From positions 140,468 through 204,467 of the forward strand of contig JAEXAW010000084.1 of NCBI GenBank assembly GCA_023458055.1: a stretch of 64,000 bases of DNA. The letters are read 5' to 3'. The stretch is from Pseudomonadota bacterium (GTDB lineage: Bacteria; Pseudomonadota; Alphaproteobacteria; Sphingomonadales; Sphingomonadaceae). A program made the position numbers and the translations under genes. Under the pieces are notes generated by a model, which ran no database searches, had not been told where the DNA came from, and saw only the letters and a program-made list of their open reading frames with translations. This document shows positions 29,468 through 39,603 of the stretch, in pieces; within the stretch, counting starts at the first letter, position 1, and each line of letters opens with the position of its first letter.

Positions 29468-30670
29468 TTACGCCAAAGCCGCTTTCAACTTGTCCACCAG
29501 ATCGGTCTTTTCCCACGGGAAGAGATCTCCCTCCGGCTGGCGGCCAAAATGACCATAAGCCGCCGTGGTGCGATATATCGGCTTGTTGAGGCCGAGATGC
29601 GTGCGGATGCCCTTGGGCGTAAGCTTGACCAGCGTGGGCAGAACCTCCTCAAGCTTGCTTTCCGCAACCGTGCCCGTGCCGTGCGTGTCGACATAGAGCG
29701 ACAGCGGCTCGGCGACGCCGATGGCGTAGCTCAGCTGGATCGTGCAACGGCGCGCCAGACCAGCGGCAACGATATTCTTCGCCAAGTAGCGCGCGATATA
29801 GGCGGCCGAGCGGTCCACCTTGGTCGGGTCCTTGCCCGAGAAGGCGCCGCCGCCGTGCGGGGCAGCACCGCCATAAGTGTCAACGATGATCTTGCGCCCG
29901 GTGAGGCCGGCATCGCCATCGGGGCCGCCAATTTCGAACAGGCCGGTCGGGTTGACGTAGATATCCTGATCGTCGGGGAGCCAGCCTTCCGGCAGCACAT
30001 CCGCGATCACGCCCTTCACATAATCGCGCAGCCGCGCTTGCCCTTCATCGTTGGAGAGCGCAGGCGTGTGCTGGGTCGATACCACCACCGCCTTGGCGCG
30101 CACCGGCTTTTCGTCACGATATTCCAGCGTCACCTGGCTTTTCGCGTCGGGTTCGAGGAAATCGACCGTGCCTGCGTGACGATCCGCCGCAAGCCGCTGC
30201 AGGATCTTGTGGCTATAATCGAGCGTTGCCGGCATGAGGTCGGGCGTTTCGTCCGAAGCATAGCCGAACATGATGCCCTGATCGCCCGCGCCTTCATCCT
30301 TGTTGCCGCTTTCATCCACCCCTTGCGCGATGTGCGCGGATTGCGGGTGGAGGTTGTTTTCAAAGTGCAGGCTTTCCCAGTGGAAGCCCGATTGTTCGTA
30401 GCCGATATCCTTGACCACGCCGCGCACCGTGCGTTCAATCTCTTCCCTGATCCCCGGCGCCCAATTGCCGTCTTCATCCATGATGCCTTCCCCACGAATT
30501 TCGCCCGCGAGGATTACGGTCTGGGTGGTCGTCAGCGTTTCGCACGCGACGCGCGCTTCGGGGTCTTTGGAGAGGAACAGGTCGACAATCGCGTCGCTGA
30601 TCTGGTCGGACACTTTGTCCGGATGGCCTTCTGAAACCGATTCAGAGGTAAACAGGAAATAGTCGCGCAT
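29468..30670 (-). CDS. metK: S-adenosylmethionine synthase
   Basis: Starts at Met35 of the ORF ([20 protein letters not shown]). [12 protein letters not shown] motif present. Confidence 0.97.
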   Translation of the reverse strand: MRDYFLFTSESVSEGHPDKVSDQISDAIVDLFLSKDPEARVACETLTTTQTVILAGEIRGEGIMDEDGNWAPGIREEIERTVRGVVKDIGYEQSGFHWESLHFENNLHPQSAHIAQGVDESGNKDEGAGDQGIMFGYASDETPDLMPATLDYSHKILQRLAADRHAGTVDFLEPDAKSQVTLEYRDEKPVRAKAVVVSTQHTPALSNDEGQARLRDYVKGVIADVLPEGWLPDDQDIYVNPTGLFEIGGPDGDAGLTGRKIIVDTYGGAAPHGGGAFSGKDPTKVDRSAAYIARYLAKNIVAAGLARRCTIQLSYAIGVAEPLSLYVDTHGTGTVAESKLEEVLPTLVKLTPKGIRTHLGLNKPIYRTTAAYGHFGRQPEGDLFPWEKTDLVDKLKAALA

Positions 30671-30762
30671 GGTTGTGCCAGCCCTTTGCTGTATCTGCGT
30701 GGTTGATAAAAATCGCCTGGTAGCAGACGAGTATAAAGAAAACTTTATATGTTGGGCGGGCT

Positions 30763-32334
30763 TTAGCGCCAAGCGCGGCTGCGGGCAAGGGCGAAGGCGG
30801 CAATCAATAATAAAGCGGCGAGTAGCAGAGGTATCGCATTGCCGTAACGCGCAAACAAGGTAGGTGCGTGGGCGGGCGGCATGACCGCATCAATCCGCCC
30901 CGCCTGCCCCTGCGCGATGCTGGCGACCCTATTGCCGTCAGCGTCGATAATGCCGGAGATGCCGGTCGGGGTTACGCGCGCGATGGGGAGCCCCTCCTCG
31001 ATCGCGCGCAGACGGGCTTGCGCATGATGTTGCGGCGCGCCCCAGCCACCGAACCACGCATCATTCGAAGGCGAAAAGATGAAATCCGGGCGGTTCGCCT
31101 TATCGACCACATGGCCGGAAAAGATCATCTCGTAGCAGATCAGCATGCCGACCTTGCCGAAGGAGCCGATATTGATGGTACGCGGACCGGGGCCGGGGAC
31201 GAAATCAATCGCGCCAGGCACAAGGCGCGCTATTCCGAGCGGTTCAAGCACGGCGCGCAGCGGCACATATTCGCCGAACGGCACAAGATGCGCCTTGTCG
31301 TAGCGGGCCAGCAATTTTCCTTGGGTGTCCATCGCGAAGATCGAATTACGCGCGCCCGTAAGGGTGCCTTGGGCATCGAAGTCCAGCTTGACCGCGCCGG
31401 TCAGCACCATATCGTCGGGGTTGAGCAACCGCGCGATCCGCGCCCGCGCCGACGTGGGCGAGAGCGTGTAATAATCAGGGGGATAACCATCCTCGAGGAA
31501 ATCGGGAACGGCGGATTCGGTCCATAACAGGAGGCGCGGTGCTGCATCCTTTGGCGTGGACAGACCCGCTAGCTTGGCGAAATTCGCGTCCGCCTCCTCG
31601 CCCGCCCATTTATTATCCTGCCCGATATTGGGCTGCACCAACGTCACGCGCGGCCCGGGCTGGGCGGCGTCGCTGCCCACCGCCAGATCGGCGACGCCGA
31701 CGAGCAACGGCAGCGCGAGAGCCACGCCTGCGGCCTTCCAGTTTTTTGTAGCAATCGCGACCCAGCTGCCGGCGATCAGCAGGATCATGGCGGAAAGACC
31801 GTACGTGCCGACGAAGCGCGCTTCTCCGGCGAGGCCCATCGGCAGCGCGATTTCGGCAAGCGGGTTCCAGGCAAAGCCGGTGAAGAGCGTCGCGCGCAGC
31901 CATTCGGCGAGCGCCCAGCTGCCGCCGAGCGCTAGGATGAGCGGGAGCAATTTCCCGCCCGCGATCCGCTTCGCCGCCCAACTCGCGAGCGCGAGATAGA
32001 CCGCCATCACCCCCGCGAGCAAAAGGAGCGCAACCCAGCCCAAAAAGGCGGGCATCTTTGCCTGATAGCCAAAAGCGGTGGGGAGCCAGATCAACCCGAC
32101 GATGAAATGGCCAAAGCCGAACCACCAGCCGGTGCCGAACCCGCCACGCGGGCTGGTCTCCCCGCTCATGTGGAGCAACCAGATATAGGCCGCCAGCGCC
32201 ACCATCGCCACCGGCCACCACCCCAATGGCGCCATGCCGAGCGACACCGCCGCGCCGAGGATGAGGGGGAGGAAAATTGAAACCAGCTTGTTTCCCTGCA
32301 CAGGAGCACGCTTCCTGGTGAATAAAGTCTTCAT
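30763..32334 (-). CDS. lnt: Apolipoprotein N-acyltransferase
   Basis: Probable start at MKTLFTRK (32334), 1-nt overlap with the upstream regulator's stop. Multi-TM N-terminus plus a CN-hydrolase domain with the LICYE motif. Confidence 0.92.
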   Translation of the reverse strand: MKTLFTRKRAPVQGNKLVSIFLPLILGAAVSLGMAPLGWWPVAMVALAAYIWLLHMSGETSPRGGFGTGWWFGFGHFIVGLIWLPTAFGYQAKMPAFLGWVALLLLAGVMAVYLALASWAAKRIAGGKLLPLILALGGSWALAEWLRATLFTGFAWNPLAEIALPMGLAGEARFVGTYGLSAMILLIAGSWVAIATKNWKAAGVALALPLLVGVADLAVGSDAAQPGPRVTLVQPNIGQDNKWAGEEADANFAKLAGLSTPKDAAPRLLLWTESAVPDFLEDGYPPDYYTLSPTSARARIARLLNPDDMVLTGAVKLDFDAQGTLTGARNSIFAMDTQGKLLARYDKAHLVPFGEYVPLRAVLEPLGIARLVPGAIDFVPGPGPRTINIGSFGKVGMLICYEMIFSGHVVDKANRPDFIFSPSNDAWFGGWGAPQHHAQARLRAIEEGLPIARVTPTGISGIIDADGNRVASIAQGQAGRIDAVMPPAHAPTLFARYGNAIPLLLAALLLIAAFALARSRAWR

Positions 32335-32840
32335 CACCCGCTCTGTAAATCCGCAATGCGGCGGCGATCGGCCTGCGGGATCAGACCTTCGCACACGCGC
32401 CAGAAGCCGGTCACCGCATCCTGCCCGGCATCGCTATAGGCCGCGGCCATCGCCTTGCGCAGTTCGGTGAAGAGGCGCGCCTCCAAATCCTCGCCCGCAT
32501 CGGTCAGCCGCACTTCCTTTTGCCGCCGGTCGCTGCGCCCGGTCGCAAAAGCGATCAGCCCGTGCGTCTCCAGATCCTTCAGCACCCGCGACAGCGATTG
32601 TTTGGTGACGCCAAGAAGCGCAATCAAATCGGAAATCACCAGTCCGGGCCGCCGCGCGATGAAATAAAGCGCGCGCTGGTGGGCACGGCCCAGCCCTTCC
32701 TTGGCCAGCAGTTCGTCGAGCCGGCGCATCAGATGATTATGCCCGAAATAAAGCATCTCGATACCGCGACGCACCTCGGCTTCGCGCAAATAGAGCGCGG
32801 AGGCGGTCATGATAGTGGCGGGGTTTTGTCCGTCCGGCAT
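32334..32840 (-). CDS. MarR-family transcriptional regulator
   Basis: Winged-helix region RALYFIARRPGLVISDLIALLGVTKQSLSRVLKDLETHGLI. Start taken at Met18 (the ORF extends to 32891). Confidence 0.8.
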   Translation of the reverse strand: MPDGQNPATIMTASALYLREAEVRRGIEMLYFGHNHLMRRLDELLAKEGLGRAHQRALYFIARRPGLVISDLIALLGVTKQSLSRVLKDLETHGLIAFATGRSDRRQKEVRLTDAGEDLEARLFTELRKAMAAAYSDAGQDAVTGFWRVCEGLIPQADRRRIADLQSG

Positions 32841-32919
32841 GGCTGAGGCTCTCTTGCGCGGACGCTGCGCCTTTGGCAAGGGGAGACGCACACTTTGCTA
32901 ACAGGAAGGCCCTCCACCC

Positions 32920-34014
32920 ATGACCGCCGCGCCCGAATTCATCATCGAACCCCATCCCCACCCGGTCGATGCGGTATCGCGCGCAGCGATGATCGAAAGC
33001 CCGGGCTTTGGCACTCTGTTCACCGATCATATGGTGACCATCCGCTATACCGAAGGGCAAGGTTGGCATGATGCCAAGGTCGGTCCGCGCAAAGCGCTGT
33101 CGCTCGATCCGGCCACCGCCGTCCTCCATTATGCGCAGGAAATTTTTGAAGGCCTCAAAGCCTATCGCCATGAGGATGGCAGCTTCGCACTGTTCCGGCC
33201 GGAACAAAATGCGCGGCGGTTTAATGCGTCGGCGCGGCGGCTCGCCATGCCGGAACTGCCCGAAGAATTGTTCCTCGCCTCGATTGAGGAAATTGTGCGC
33301 GCCGACAAGGCGTGGATGCCTTCGGTCGACGGTGGCTCGCTATATCTGCGCCCGTTCATGTTTGCGAGCGAGGCGTTTCTCGGCGTGCGTCCGGCGAAGG
33401 AATATCTCTATCTCGTCATCGTCTCGCCGGTCGGGGCCTATTTCAAGAGCGGCGCGCCTGCGGTCAAAATCTGGGTGAGCGAGGATTATTCGCGCGCCGG
33501 ACCCGGCGGCACGGGCGCTGCCAAATGCGGCGGCAATTATGCGGCGTCACTCCTGCCGCAATCCGAAGCGATTGCCGAAGGCTGCGATCAAGTCGTGTTC
33601 CTGGACGCCAGGGAACAGCGCTGGATTGACGAGCTTGGCGGCATGAACCTGTTTTTCCTGTTCGATGATGGCCGCATGATCACGCCGCCGCTCGGCACCA
33701 TCCTCCCCGGCATCACCCGCGATTCGATCATGCAACTCGCGCGCGATGAGGGCATCACGGTGAGCGAAGAGCCCTATGCCATCGACCAGTGGGAGGCCGA
33801 TGCCACCAGCGGCAAGCTCATTGAAAGCTTCGCTTGCGGGACGGCGGCGGTCGTCACCCCGGTCGGCGAGGTGCGCGGGCACAAGCATAATTTCACCATC
33901 GGCGCGGGCGGCCCGGGACAGATGACGATGAAGCTCAAGGACAAGCTCACCGGCATCCAGCGCGGCACCTTGCCCGATACGCATGGCTGGGTGCGGAAGA
34001 TTACGGGGGTTTGA
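32920..34014 (+). CDS. ilvE: Branched-chain amino acid aminotransferase
   Basis: 364 aa class IV aminotransferase (EGLKAYR, GTGAAKCGGNYAAS). Confidence 0.95.
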   Translation: MTAAPEFIIEPHPHPVDAVSRAAMIESPGFGTLFTDHMVTIRYTEGQGWHDAKVGPRKALSLDPATAVLHYAQEIFEGLKAYRHEDGSFALFRPEQNARRFNASARRLAMPELPEELFLASIEEIVRADKAWMPSVDGGSLYLRPFMFASEAFLGVRPAKEYLYLVIVSPVGAYFKSGAPAVKIWVSEDYSRAGPGGTGAAKCGGNYAASLLPQSEAIAEGCDQVVFLDAREQRWIDELGGMNLFFLFDDGRMITPPLGTILPGITRDSIMQLARDEGITVSEEPYAIDQWEADATSGKLIESFACGTAAVVTPVGEVRGHKHNFTIGAGGPGQMTMKLKDKLTGIQRGTLPDTHGWVRKITGV

Positions 34015-34051
34015 GCCGACGCCTTTTGGGGCGTGCTTTGGGAAGGCTTAC

Positions 34052-34184
34052 CCCCACCCTCCCTCGCCAGGGAGGGTCGAAATTGGTGCAGCCAATTTCG
34101 GGGTGGGTCAAACGCTCAATGAACACGCCGATACCCACCCCAAAAGACGTACCGTCTTTTGACCCTCCCTGGAAGGGAGGGTGG
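34052..34184. repeat. Inverted pair of family-A double-hairpin units
   Basis: Units at 34052-34108 and 34132-34184. Hairpins ACCCTCCCT-cgcc-AGGGAGGGT and ACCCTCCCT-ggaa-GGGAGGGT. The variable hairpins are CGAAATTGG...CCAATTTCG and CAAAAGACG-tac-CGTCTTTTG. Confidence 0.8.
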
Positions 34185-34286
34185 AGGCATGAGGATTTTG
34201 CCAAATTCCCCCTTCCCATCCGCGCAACTCCCGCTTATAGGGCGGCGCTCACCGGCCCTTTAAAGGCGAAGGCCGGTCATGCGCAT

Positions 34287-34361
34287 TGGGGCGTAGCCAA
34301 GCGGTAAGGCACCGGTTTTTGGTACCGGCATGCGGAGGTTCGAATCCTCCCGCCCCAGCCA
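34287..34361 (+). tRNA. tRNA-Gln (anticodon UUG)
   Basis: Hand-folded cloverleaf. Acceptor TGGGGCG/CGCCCCA, anticodon stem CCGGT/ACCGG with loop TTTTGGT, T-arm GGAGG-TTCGAATC-CCTCC, discriminator G, and encoded CCA. Confidence 0.93.
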
Positions 34362-34473
34362 TCCTTCTACAGATTCAACGCGCAGCGTGTGCACTAAGCC
34401 CAACAGTCTTGCAAAACCTCGTCAATCATGCTCCAAATCTGCGCGAATGAGAGAAGATTTGGGGTAGCAAGCT

Positions 34474-34926
34474 ATGGCCGCTAATGGTGTGAACCGCATC
34501 CTGATCGCCGTCCATGATTTGGAAAGCGCGAAGAAAAAATATCATGATTTGCTCGGCGCTACCTTCATGGATGCCCATTGGACCGGCGAACCGTTCGGCA
34601 TTGGCGTTTCCATTGCATGGGACGCAGGAATCGAGCTGTGCGCTCCACTGCCGGGTCGAGAGGACAGCAGCGCCGTATCCGGTTTTCTTGCCAAGCATGG
34701 CGAGGGCGTGATGAACGTCTTCTTCAACATCTCCGATGGCGGAGCTGCGATGGATCTCGTGATCGCGCAGGGATACAACAGCATACATTCTCTCGATTAT
34801 ACGCAAGAAGAGATCGACCAGCATCTGGGCGGCCTGTTTCGCCGTTATCAGGAATTCAACCTTGATACCGCCGCGCGTTGCGGCTTTGCGATCAGCTTGG
34901 CCCGCATTGAACCCAAAGAAGCGTGA
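34474..34926 (+). CDS. VOC (glyoxalase/bleomycin-resistance/dioxygenase) family protein
   Basis: 150 aa. N-terminus VNRILIAVHDLESAKKKY is typical of VOC beta-alpha-beta-beta-beta modules. Confidence 0.7.
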   Translation: MAANGVNRILIAVHDLESAKKKYHDLLGATFMDAHWTGEPFGIGVSIAWDAGIELCAPLPGREDSSAVSGFLAKHGEGVMNVFFNISDGGAAMDLVIAQGYNSIHSLDYTQEEIDQHLGGLFRRYQEFNLDTAARCGFAISLARIEPKEA

Positions 34927-35003
34927 GTCTTGCCGCCGGGTTCTGCGCGCCTATATCCGGATTCAATAGAGATGATTTCCCCTTCATCAGGATCATAACT
35001 TCC

Positions 35004-35336
35004 ATGCGTACCATATCCGTCCCCGTCGCCCATAATCTCCCCAAGGAAGAGGTGCGGCGGCGCATGCGCGAGCGGATCGGCAGTCTCGATAAATTCCTCC
35101 CCGGCAATGCAACGGTGCAATCGCGCTGGCCGAGCGAGGATCGCATGAGCCTTTCGGTCAACGCGATGGGGCAAGCGGTCGAAGCCAATCTCGATATTGA
35201 AGACAAGGCGATCATCGTCACCGTGCAGTTGCCGGGGATGCTCGGCATGATTGCGGGCACGATCGAAGGCGCGATCAAGGATAAGGGCTCGCAATTGCTG
35301 CTCGGCGACGAGAGCAAGGATCGGGATAAGGTCTGA
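35004..35336 (+). CDS. Polyhydroxyalkanoic acid system family protein (PHA granule-region type)
   Basis: 110 aa from MRTISVPVAHNLPKEEVRRRMRERIG. Resembles the small putative PHA system protein family as I remember it. Confidence 0.6.
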   Translation: MRTISVPVAHNLPKEEVRRRMRERIGSLDKFLPGNATVQSRWPSEDRMSLSVNAMGQAVEANLDIEDKAIIVTVQLPGMLGMIAGTIEGAIKDKGSQLLLGDESKDRDKV

Positions 35337-35388
35337 TCGAGGAACGTCTCCGCTTCCCGTCCGTTGGAAAGGGAAAGGAGATGGTAAA

Positions 35389-35730
35389 ATGACCGATCAG
35401 AACCGCACCAACCAGCAAGCTCAGGAAGCCGCTCGCGCCAATGCAGGCCATGCGCAGGAGCAAGGCCAACGCGATGCCGCCCAGCTGAAGGCCGATCAGG
35501 AACGCGCCGCTGCAGCCAAGGCCGCATCCGACGCGCAAATGGCTGAAGAAAGCGGCCTCACCAAGGAAGACACCAAGGAGCAGGCGCGCCCCGATAATGC
35601 TGCCGCAAAGGCCCAAGAGGCGGCCGAAAAGGGAAGCGCCGAAAAGAAAGCGGAATCGAGAGAGCTTGACCGCGAGCTGGCTGCATCAATGGATGCGTCA
35701 GACCCGCCCTCGCTGACCCAGCCGCGTTAA
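35389..35730 (+). CDS. Low-complexity Ala/Gln/Glu/Lys-rich hypothetical protein
   Basis: 113 aa. RBS AAAGGAG precedes the ATG at 35389. C-terminal MDASDPPS motif. Confidence 0.5.
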   Translation: MTDQNRTNQQAQEAARANAGHAQEQGQRDAAQLKADQERAAAAKAASDAQMAEESGLTKEDTKEQARPDNAAAKAQEAAEKGSAEKKAESRELDRELAASMDASDPPSLTQPR

Positions 35731-35733
35731 GTC

Positions 35734-36885
35734 TTATGCGGCCTTGCGGATAAAGACGGTACCGGCGGAATAACCTGCTCCGAACGAGCAGATGACGCCG
35801 GTATCGCCCGCGTTCAGATCCTCATGGTTGAGGTGGAACGCGATGATCGAACCCGCCGACGAGGTGTTGGCATAAGTGTCGAGCACCGTCGGGCTTTCAT
35901 CCTCACTGGCTTCATGGCCGAGGACGCGCTGCGCAATCAGCCGGTTCATGCCGGTATTGGCCTGGTGCAGCCATAGACGGCGCATATCGTCGGCCTTGAG
36001 GCCGAGCCGGTCCATCTGCGCGACGATCATCTCCGCGACCATCGGCACGACTTCCTTGAACACCTTGCGCCCTTCCTGGACGAACAGCTTGTCATTCTTT
36101 GCCCCGCTCGGCGACGGGTCGGGCGCACCTTCATAAGCGCGGTTCAAAAAGCCGAAATTATTGCGGATATTGTTGGAAAATTGCGTCTTGAGCTTGGTTC
36201 CCAATATGTCCCAATAACCGGAAGGCGCGATGGCCTTGTCTTCAACCAGAATCGCGGTCGCGACGTCGCCGAAGATAAAATGGCTGTCGCGGTCGCGCCA
36301 GTTGAGGTGCCCGGAACAGATTTCGGGGTTGACCACCAGCACCGATTTCGCATTGCCGCTGCGGATATAATCCGCCGCCGTCTGGATGCCGAAGGTTGCG
36401 GAAGAGCACGCGACATTCATGTCGAACCCGAACCCGTCCTCGATCCCGAGCGCGTGCTGGATTTCAATTGCAATGGCGGGATAGGCGCGCTCCATGTTCG
36501 ATGCGGCAACGATCACCGCGTCGACATCCTGCGCATCGCGGCCCGCCCGGGCGAGCGCATCGCGCGCGGCCTTGACGCCGATTTCGGCAAGCACGCTGAT
36601 CTCGTCATTGCTGCGCGCCGGAAAGCGCGGGCACATGGTGTCGGGGTCAAGGATCGGCGCTTTGGCGAGCACATAGCGCGCCTTGATCCCGCTCGCCTTT
36701 TCGATGAACTCGACGCTGGAAGGTTGCAACTCCTCCATCTCGCCCTTGGCGATTTCTTCCGCATTGGCCTCATTATGCGCCGCGACAAAGCGGTTGAAAC
36801 TATCCACCAACTCTTCGTTCGAGATGCTGTCAGCGGGCGTAAACAAGCCGGTTGCCGAAATGACGGGGGTGCCGGAGAGGGTCAT
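35734..36885 (-). CDS. Beta-ketoacyl-ACP synthase III family protein (long FabH-like)
   Basis: 383 aa. Catalytic Cys (NVACSSATFG), His (WLHQAN) and Asn (ANTSSAGS). Confidence 0.88.
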   Translation of the reverse strand: MTLSGTPVISATGLFTPADSISNEELVDSFNRFVAAHNEANAEEIAKGEMEELQPSSVEFIEKASGIKARYVLAKAPILDPDTMCPRFPARSNDEISVLAEIGVKAARDALARAGRDAQDVDAVIVAASNMERAYPAIAIEIQHALGIEDGFGFDMNVACSSATFGIQTAADYIRSGNAKSVLVVNPEICSGHLNWRDRDSHFIFGDVATAILVEDKAIAPSGYWDILGTKLKTQFSNNIRNNFGFLNRAYEGAPDPSPSGAKNDKLFVQEGRKVFKEVVPMVAEMIVAQMDRLGLKADDMRRLWLHQANTGMNRLIAQRVLGHEASEDESPTVLDTYANTSSAGSIIAFHLNHEDLNAGDTGVICSFGAGYSAGTVFIRKAA

Positions 36886-37105
36886 TATTTGCTTCCCAAA
36901 TACGAAAAGAGCGTCACGACGCGGAAAACTGTTGCTCCCTAGACACAGGGCCGAGCCCTTGCAAGCCGTGAACGCTGAACCATGCTTGCACGCCGCACTA
37001 ACCCGTTGTTAACCATGGTGTGCACATAAAAGGAGCGTGGGCGGGGGCATTTTTTGAAAATGGCCAGGACGGATCGGCTTGTCGATCCGCTAACCAGCTG
37101 TCGAA

Positions 37106-37696
37106 ATGCCCACCAATGGAGCCCCACAGATTTGGAGGCACATGATGGCGACGGGGTCTAAACCGGCCAGCGGGGAATTTGCTCTTGCCGAGATGCGGGA
37201 GTTTGCAAGCTTCCCGCCGTCTACCCAGCGTTATATCCGCCGCTCGCTCGATGTCGGGCTGGAGCGGGACGATGCGATTGCCTTATGGTCGCGCGACGAG
37301 GTTGAAGCCACCAGCATCCGCGTGCAGGCCAAAATCTATCGGCGGCTTGATATGCTGCGCGATACGATCCCCGAAGATAGCAGCCTGGCTGTGATCGAGC
37401 CCTTCATGGCCCCACTGATTACGCTGTCGGCTTTCGATCTGGGCCAGAACCGGCTGGATGGCTTTGGCGCTTATCGCTTTTTATATGAGCGCTTGCTCGG
37501 GGCGGCGGTGCGGCCCTGGCTTCCGGCGGCCTTTTGCGCGGCGGCATCGCTCCCGCATCTTCATCCCGAAAAGCGGCGCGCGTTGCTCCAATCAATCAGC
37601 GAGGCTGCCGCCACGGCACCGGGTTGGTCCTACCGCGAGCCGGTTTTCTTTCCGCATTGGGTCGAAAAGATCGATGCGGCTAGCGCCGCGCATTGA
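37106..37696 (+). CDS. Hypothetical protein (start uncertain)
   Basis: 196-aa ORF with host-like composition. No family recognised. Confidence 0.45.
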   Translation: MPTNGAPQIWRHMMATGSKPASGEFALAEMREFASFPPSTQRYIRRSLDVGLERDDAIALWSRDEVEATSIRVQAKIYRRLDMLRDTIPEDSSLAVIEPFMAPLITLSAFDLGQNRLDGFGAYRFLYERLLGAAVRPWLPAAFCAAASLPHLHPEKRRALLQSISEAAATAPGWSYREPVFFPHWVEKIDAASAAH

Positions 37697-37728
37697 GCAG
37701 CCGTCGATAGATAGCTTTGGGGTCTTTA

Positions 37729-37920
37729 GGTTCACGCGGAGGCGCAGAGGCGCGGAGATTTTCACGCGAAGATCGGCTGATCGCACTGAAACTTAAACAG
37801 CGGCGCAGAGATTAAAATATTCGCGCCGCAGGCGCGCCTCTTTTTCTCCGCGCCTTCGCGCCTCCGCGTGAACCGATTTAATTCCACATCTCTGCGCCCT
37901 CTGCGCCTCTGCGTGAACCC
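37729..37920. repeat. MITE-like element, family D, with 30-nt terminal inverted repeats plus an extra arm copy
   Basis: Left arm GGTTCACGCGGAGGCGCAGAGGCGCGGAGA (37729-37758) and right arm TCTCCGCGCCTTCGCGCCTCCGCGTGAACC (37845-37874), 28 of 30 complementary. A third related arm lies at 37889-37920. Confidence 0.7.
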
Positions 37921-37928
37921 ATTAGAAT

Positions 37929-38195
37929 TTAAGCCAATTCCGCCGCATCAGGATGCTTTTCCAAATAGCGCGCGACGAACGAACAGCTTGGGATAACCTT
38001 CCCGCCTTGTGCTTTCACGTCGGCCAGCGCGCCTTCGACGAGCTTGGTGCCGATTCCGCGTCCACCGAGCGCCTCGGGGACGACCGTATGGTTGAAATCC
38101 CACACATCGCCGTCGCGGCGATATTCGGCGTAAGCGATATGGCCCTCTTCCTCCAGTTCGTAGCGGTGTTTGGCGTTGTTGTCGGTGACATTCAT
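37929..38195 (-). CDS. Small GNAT-family N-acetyltransferase (YjdJ-type)
   Basis: 88 aa with the GGRGIGTKLVEGAL acetyl-CoA binding motif. Confidence 0.8.
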   Translation of the reverse strand: MNVTDNNAKHRYELEEEGHIAYAEYRRDGDVWDFNHTVVPEALGGRGIGTKLVEGALADVKAQGGKVIPSCSFVARYLEKHPDAAELA

Positions 38196-38275
38196 CCCGG
38201 TTTCTCCTTTTCGCGGTCATTCTTCCAAACCGTTCATTGACCGGGATGGTTCCGCTATGCTTTGATTTGCCCCTG

Positions 38276-39484
38276 ATGCGTAAATCATCCACCCTGCTCG
38301 TAGGTCTCCTCGCCGCTTTCGTGCCGATCGCTGTAATGAGCGGAGATGCCCCTGCCCTCGCCCGCGCCGCCGCAGCCTCGCCCAACCGATTGGTGGTCGA
38401 TACCGCAGCCCAGCAGCAACGCTTCTCCGATGTCTTTGCGGCAACCCAAGGCTGGGTCGATAAGAAAGCCTTTCCCGGCGCGGTGATTGCGGTCGGCCAG
38501 CATGGACGGCTGGTGGCGCTCAAATCCTTTGGGCGGCTCGATAGTTCTCCCGCCGCCCCGCTCATGCCCGAGGATGCCGTGTTCGACCTCGCCTCGCTCA
38601 CCAAAGTGGTTGCGACCACGACGGCGGCAGCGATGCTGGTCGATCAGGGCAAGCTCAACCTCGATGCGCCGGTAGTGCGTTACCTGCCCGCCTTTGCCGC
38701 GACGCCGGGCCATGACAAGATCAAGGTCCGGCATCTCCTCGCGCATAGTTCGGGCCTCTATTCGACCGATGCCTTATGGAAACAGGCAAAGGACAGGGCA
38801 GGCATCATCGCGCAGATCAATGCGATGACGATGAAATGGGAACCGGGCAGCCATTACCAGTATCGCGACGAAAATATGATGCTGCTGGCCGAGATCGTGC
38901 GGCACCTGTCCGGCCAGCGGATTGATGCCTATGCGGCAGCCCATATCTTCCGCCCGCTCGGCATGAAGGACACCCGCTTCAACCCGCCCGCCGAATGGCT
39001 TGCGCGGATCGCGCCGACCGAGCAGGACATGACCTTCCGCAAGACGCTGGTGATCGGCCAGGTGCATGACGAAAATGCCTATGTCATGGGCGGGGTTGCC
39101 GGTCATGCCGGGTTGTTTTCAACCGCCCCCGACCTCGCCCGCTTTTGCCAGATGATGCTGAACCACGGACGCTATGGCGGCAAGCAATTGATCCGCCGCG
39201 CCACGGTGGACCAGTTTATGCGCCGCCAGATGTTGCCCCCGGATAATAGCTATGCGCTCGGCTGGGATACGGCGGGCATTGCGGGCAAGTTCACCGGCGA
39301 TAAAGCCTCGCCCGGCGCAATCATCCACACCGGCTTTACCGGCACCTCGCTCTATATCGACCCGGAGCGCGATGCGTTCATCATCATCCTCACCAACCGC
39401 GTCAATCCGACCCGCGAAAAGAGCCAGATCAAGGAGGCGCGGGTCGATATCCACACACGGATATTGGAGGCGCTGGATCGATGA
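38276..39484 (+). CDS. Serine hydrolase (beta-lactamase/transpeptidase-like, class C type)
   Basis: SxxK motif (ASLTK). Signal peptide from MRKSSTLLVGLLAAF. The ORF opens at TTG 38237. Confidence 0.85.
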   Translation: MRKSSTLLVGLLAAFVPIAVMSGDAPALARAAAASPNRLVVDTAAQQQRFSDVFAATQGWVDKKAFPGAVIAVGQHGRLVALKSFGRLDSSPAAPLMPEDAVFDLASLTKVVATTTAAAMLVDQGKLNLDAPVVRYLPAFAATPGHDKIKVRHLLAHSSGLYSTDALWKQAKDRAGIIAQINAMTMKWEPGSHYQYRDENMMLLAEIVRHLSGQRIDAYAAAHIFRPLGMKDTRFNPPAEWLARIAPTEQDMTFRKTLVIGQVHDENAYVMGGVAGHAGLFSTAPDLARFCQMMLNHGRYGGKQLIRRATVDQFMRRQMLPPDNSYALGWDTAGIAGKFTGDKASPGAIIHTGFTGTSLYIDPERDAFIIILTNRVNPTREKSQIKEARVDIHTRILEALDR

Positions 39485-39491
39485 CGCCCAC

Positions 39492-39510
39492 TGTTCGCAA
39501 TTAGCGAACA
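39492..39510. promoter_or_regulatory. Perfect 7-5-7 palindrome upstream of the TonB-dependent receptor gene (operator candidate)
   Basis: TGTTCGC-aatta-GCGAACA, about 95 nt upstream of the receptor start. No T-run follows, so a terminator is unlikely. Confidence 0.3.
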
Positions 39511-39603
39511 TTATGTTCCCCCTCGTGGCCGTTTCACTAATTTGACATATGCCGGGCCGCCCCTAGGGTGCTGGATTGAGGGGACAGGGAAAGGGCAGAA
39601 TAT

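Noticed and set aside
30671-30762. SAM-responsive riboswitch in the metK leader. The minus strand reads ...CCAGGCGAUUUUUAUCAACCACGCAGAUACAGCAAAGGGCUGGCACAACC-AUG, and the U-tract plus CAAAG is reminiscent of SAM-II.
   Set aside because: I could not build a convincing P1 helix or the U-tract/3'-tail pseudoknot, and the SAM/SAH CAACGGCUUCCUG core is absent. Infernal with RF00521, RF01826 and RF01727 would settle it. A hit above the gathering threshold would overturn this rejection.
34362-35730. Genomic island integrated at tRNA-Gln. The genes downstream of the tRNA are slightly AT-richer.
   Set aside because: There is no integrase. I could find no direct repeat of the tRNA 3' end anywhere downstream in the window. 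The genes are ordinary (VOC, PHA-system protein).
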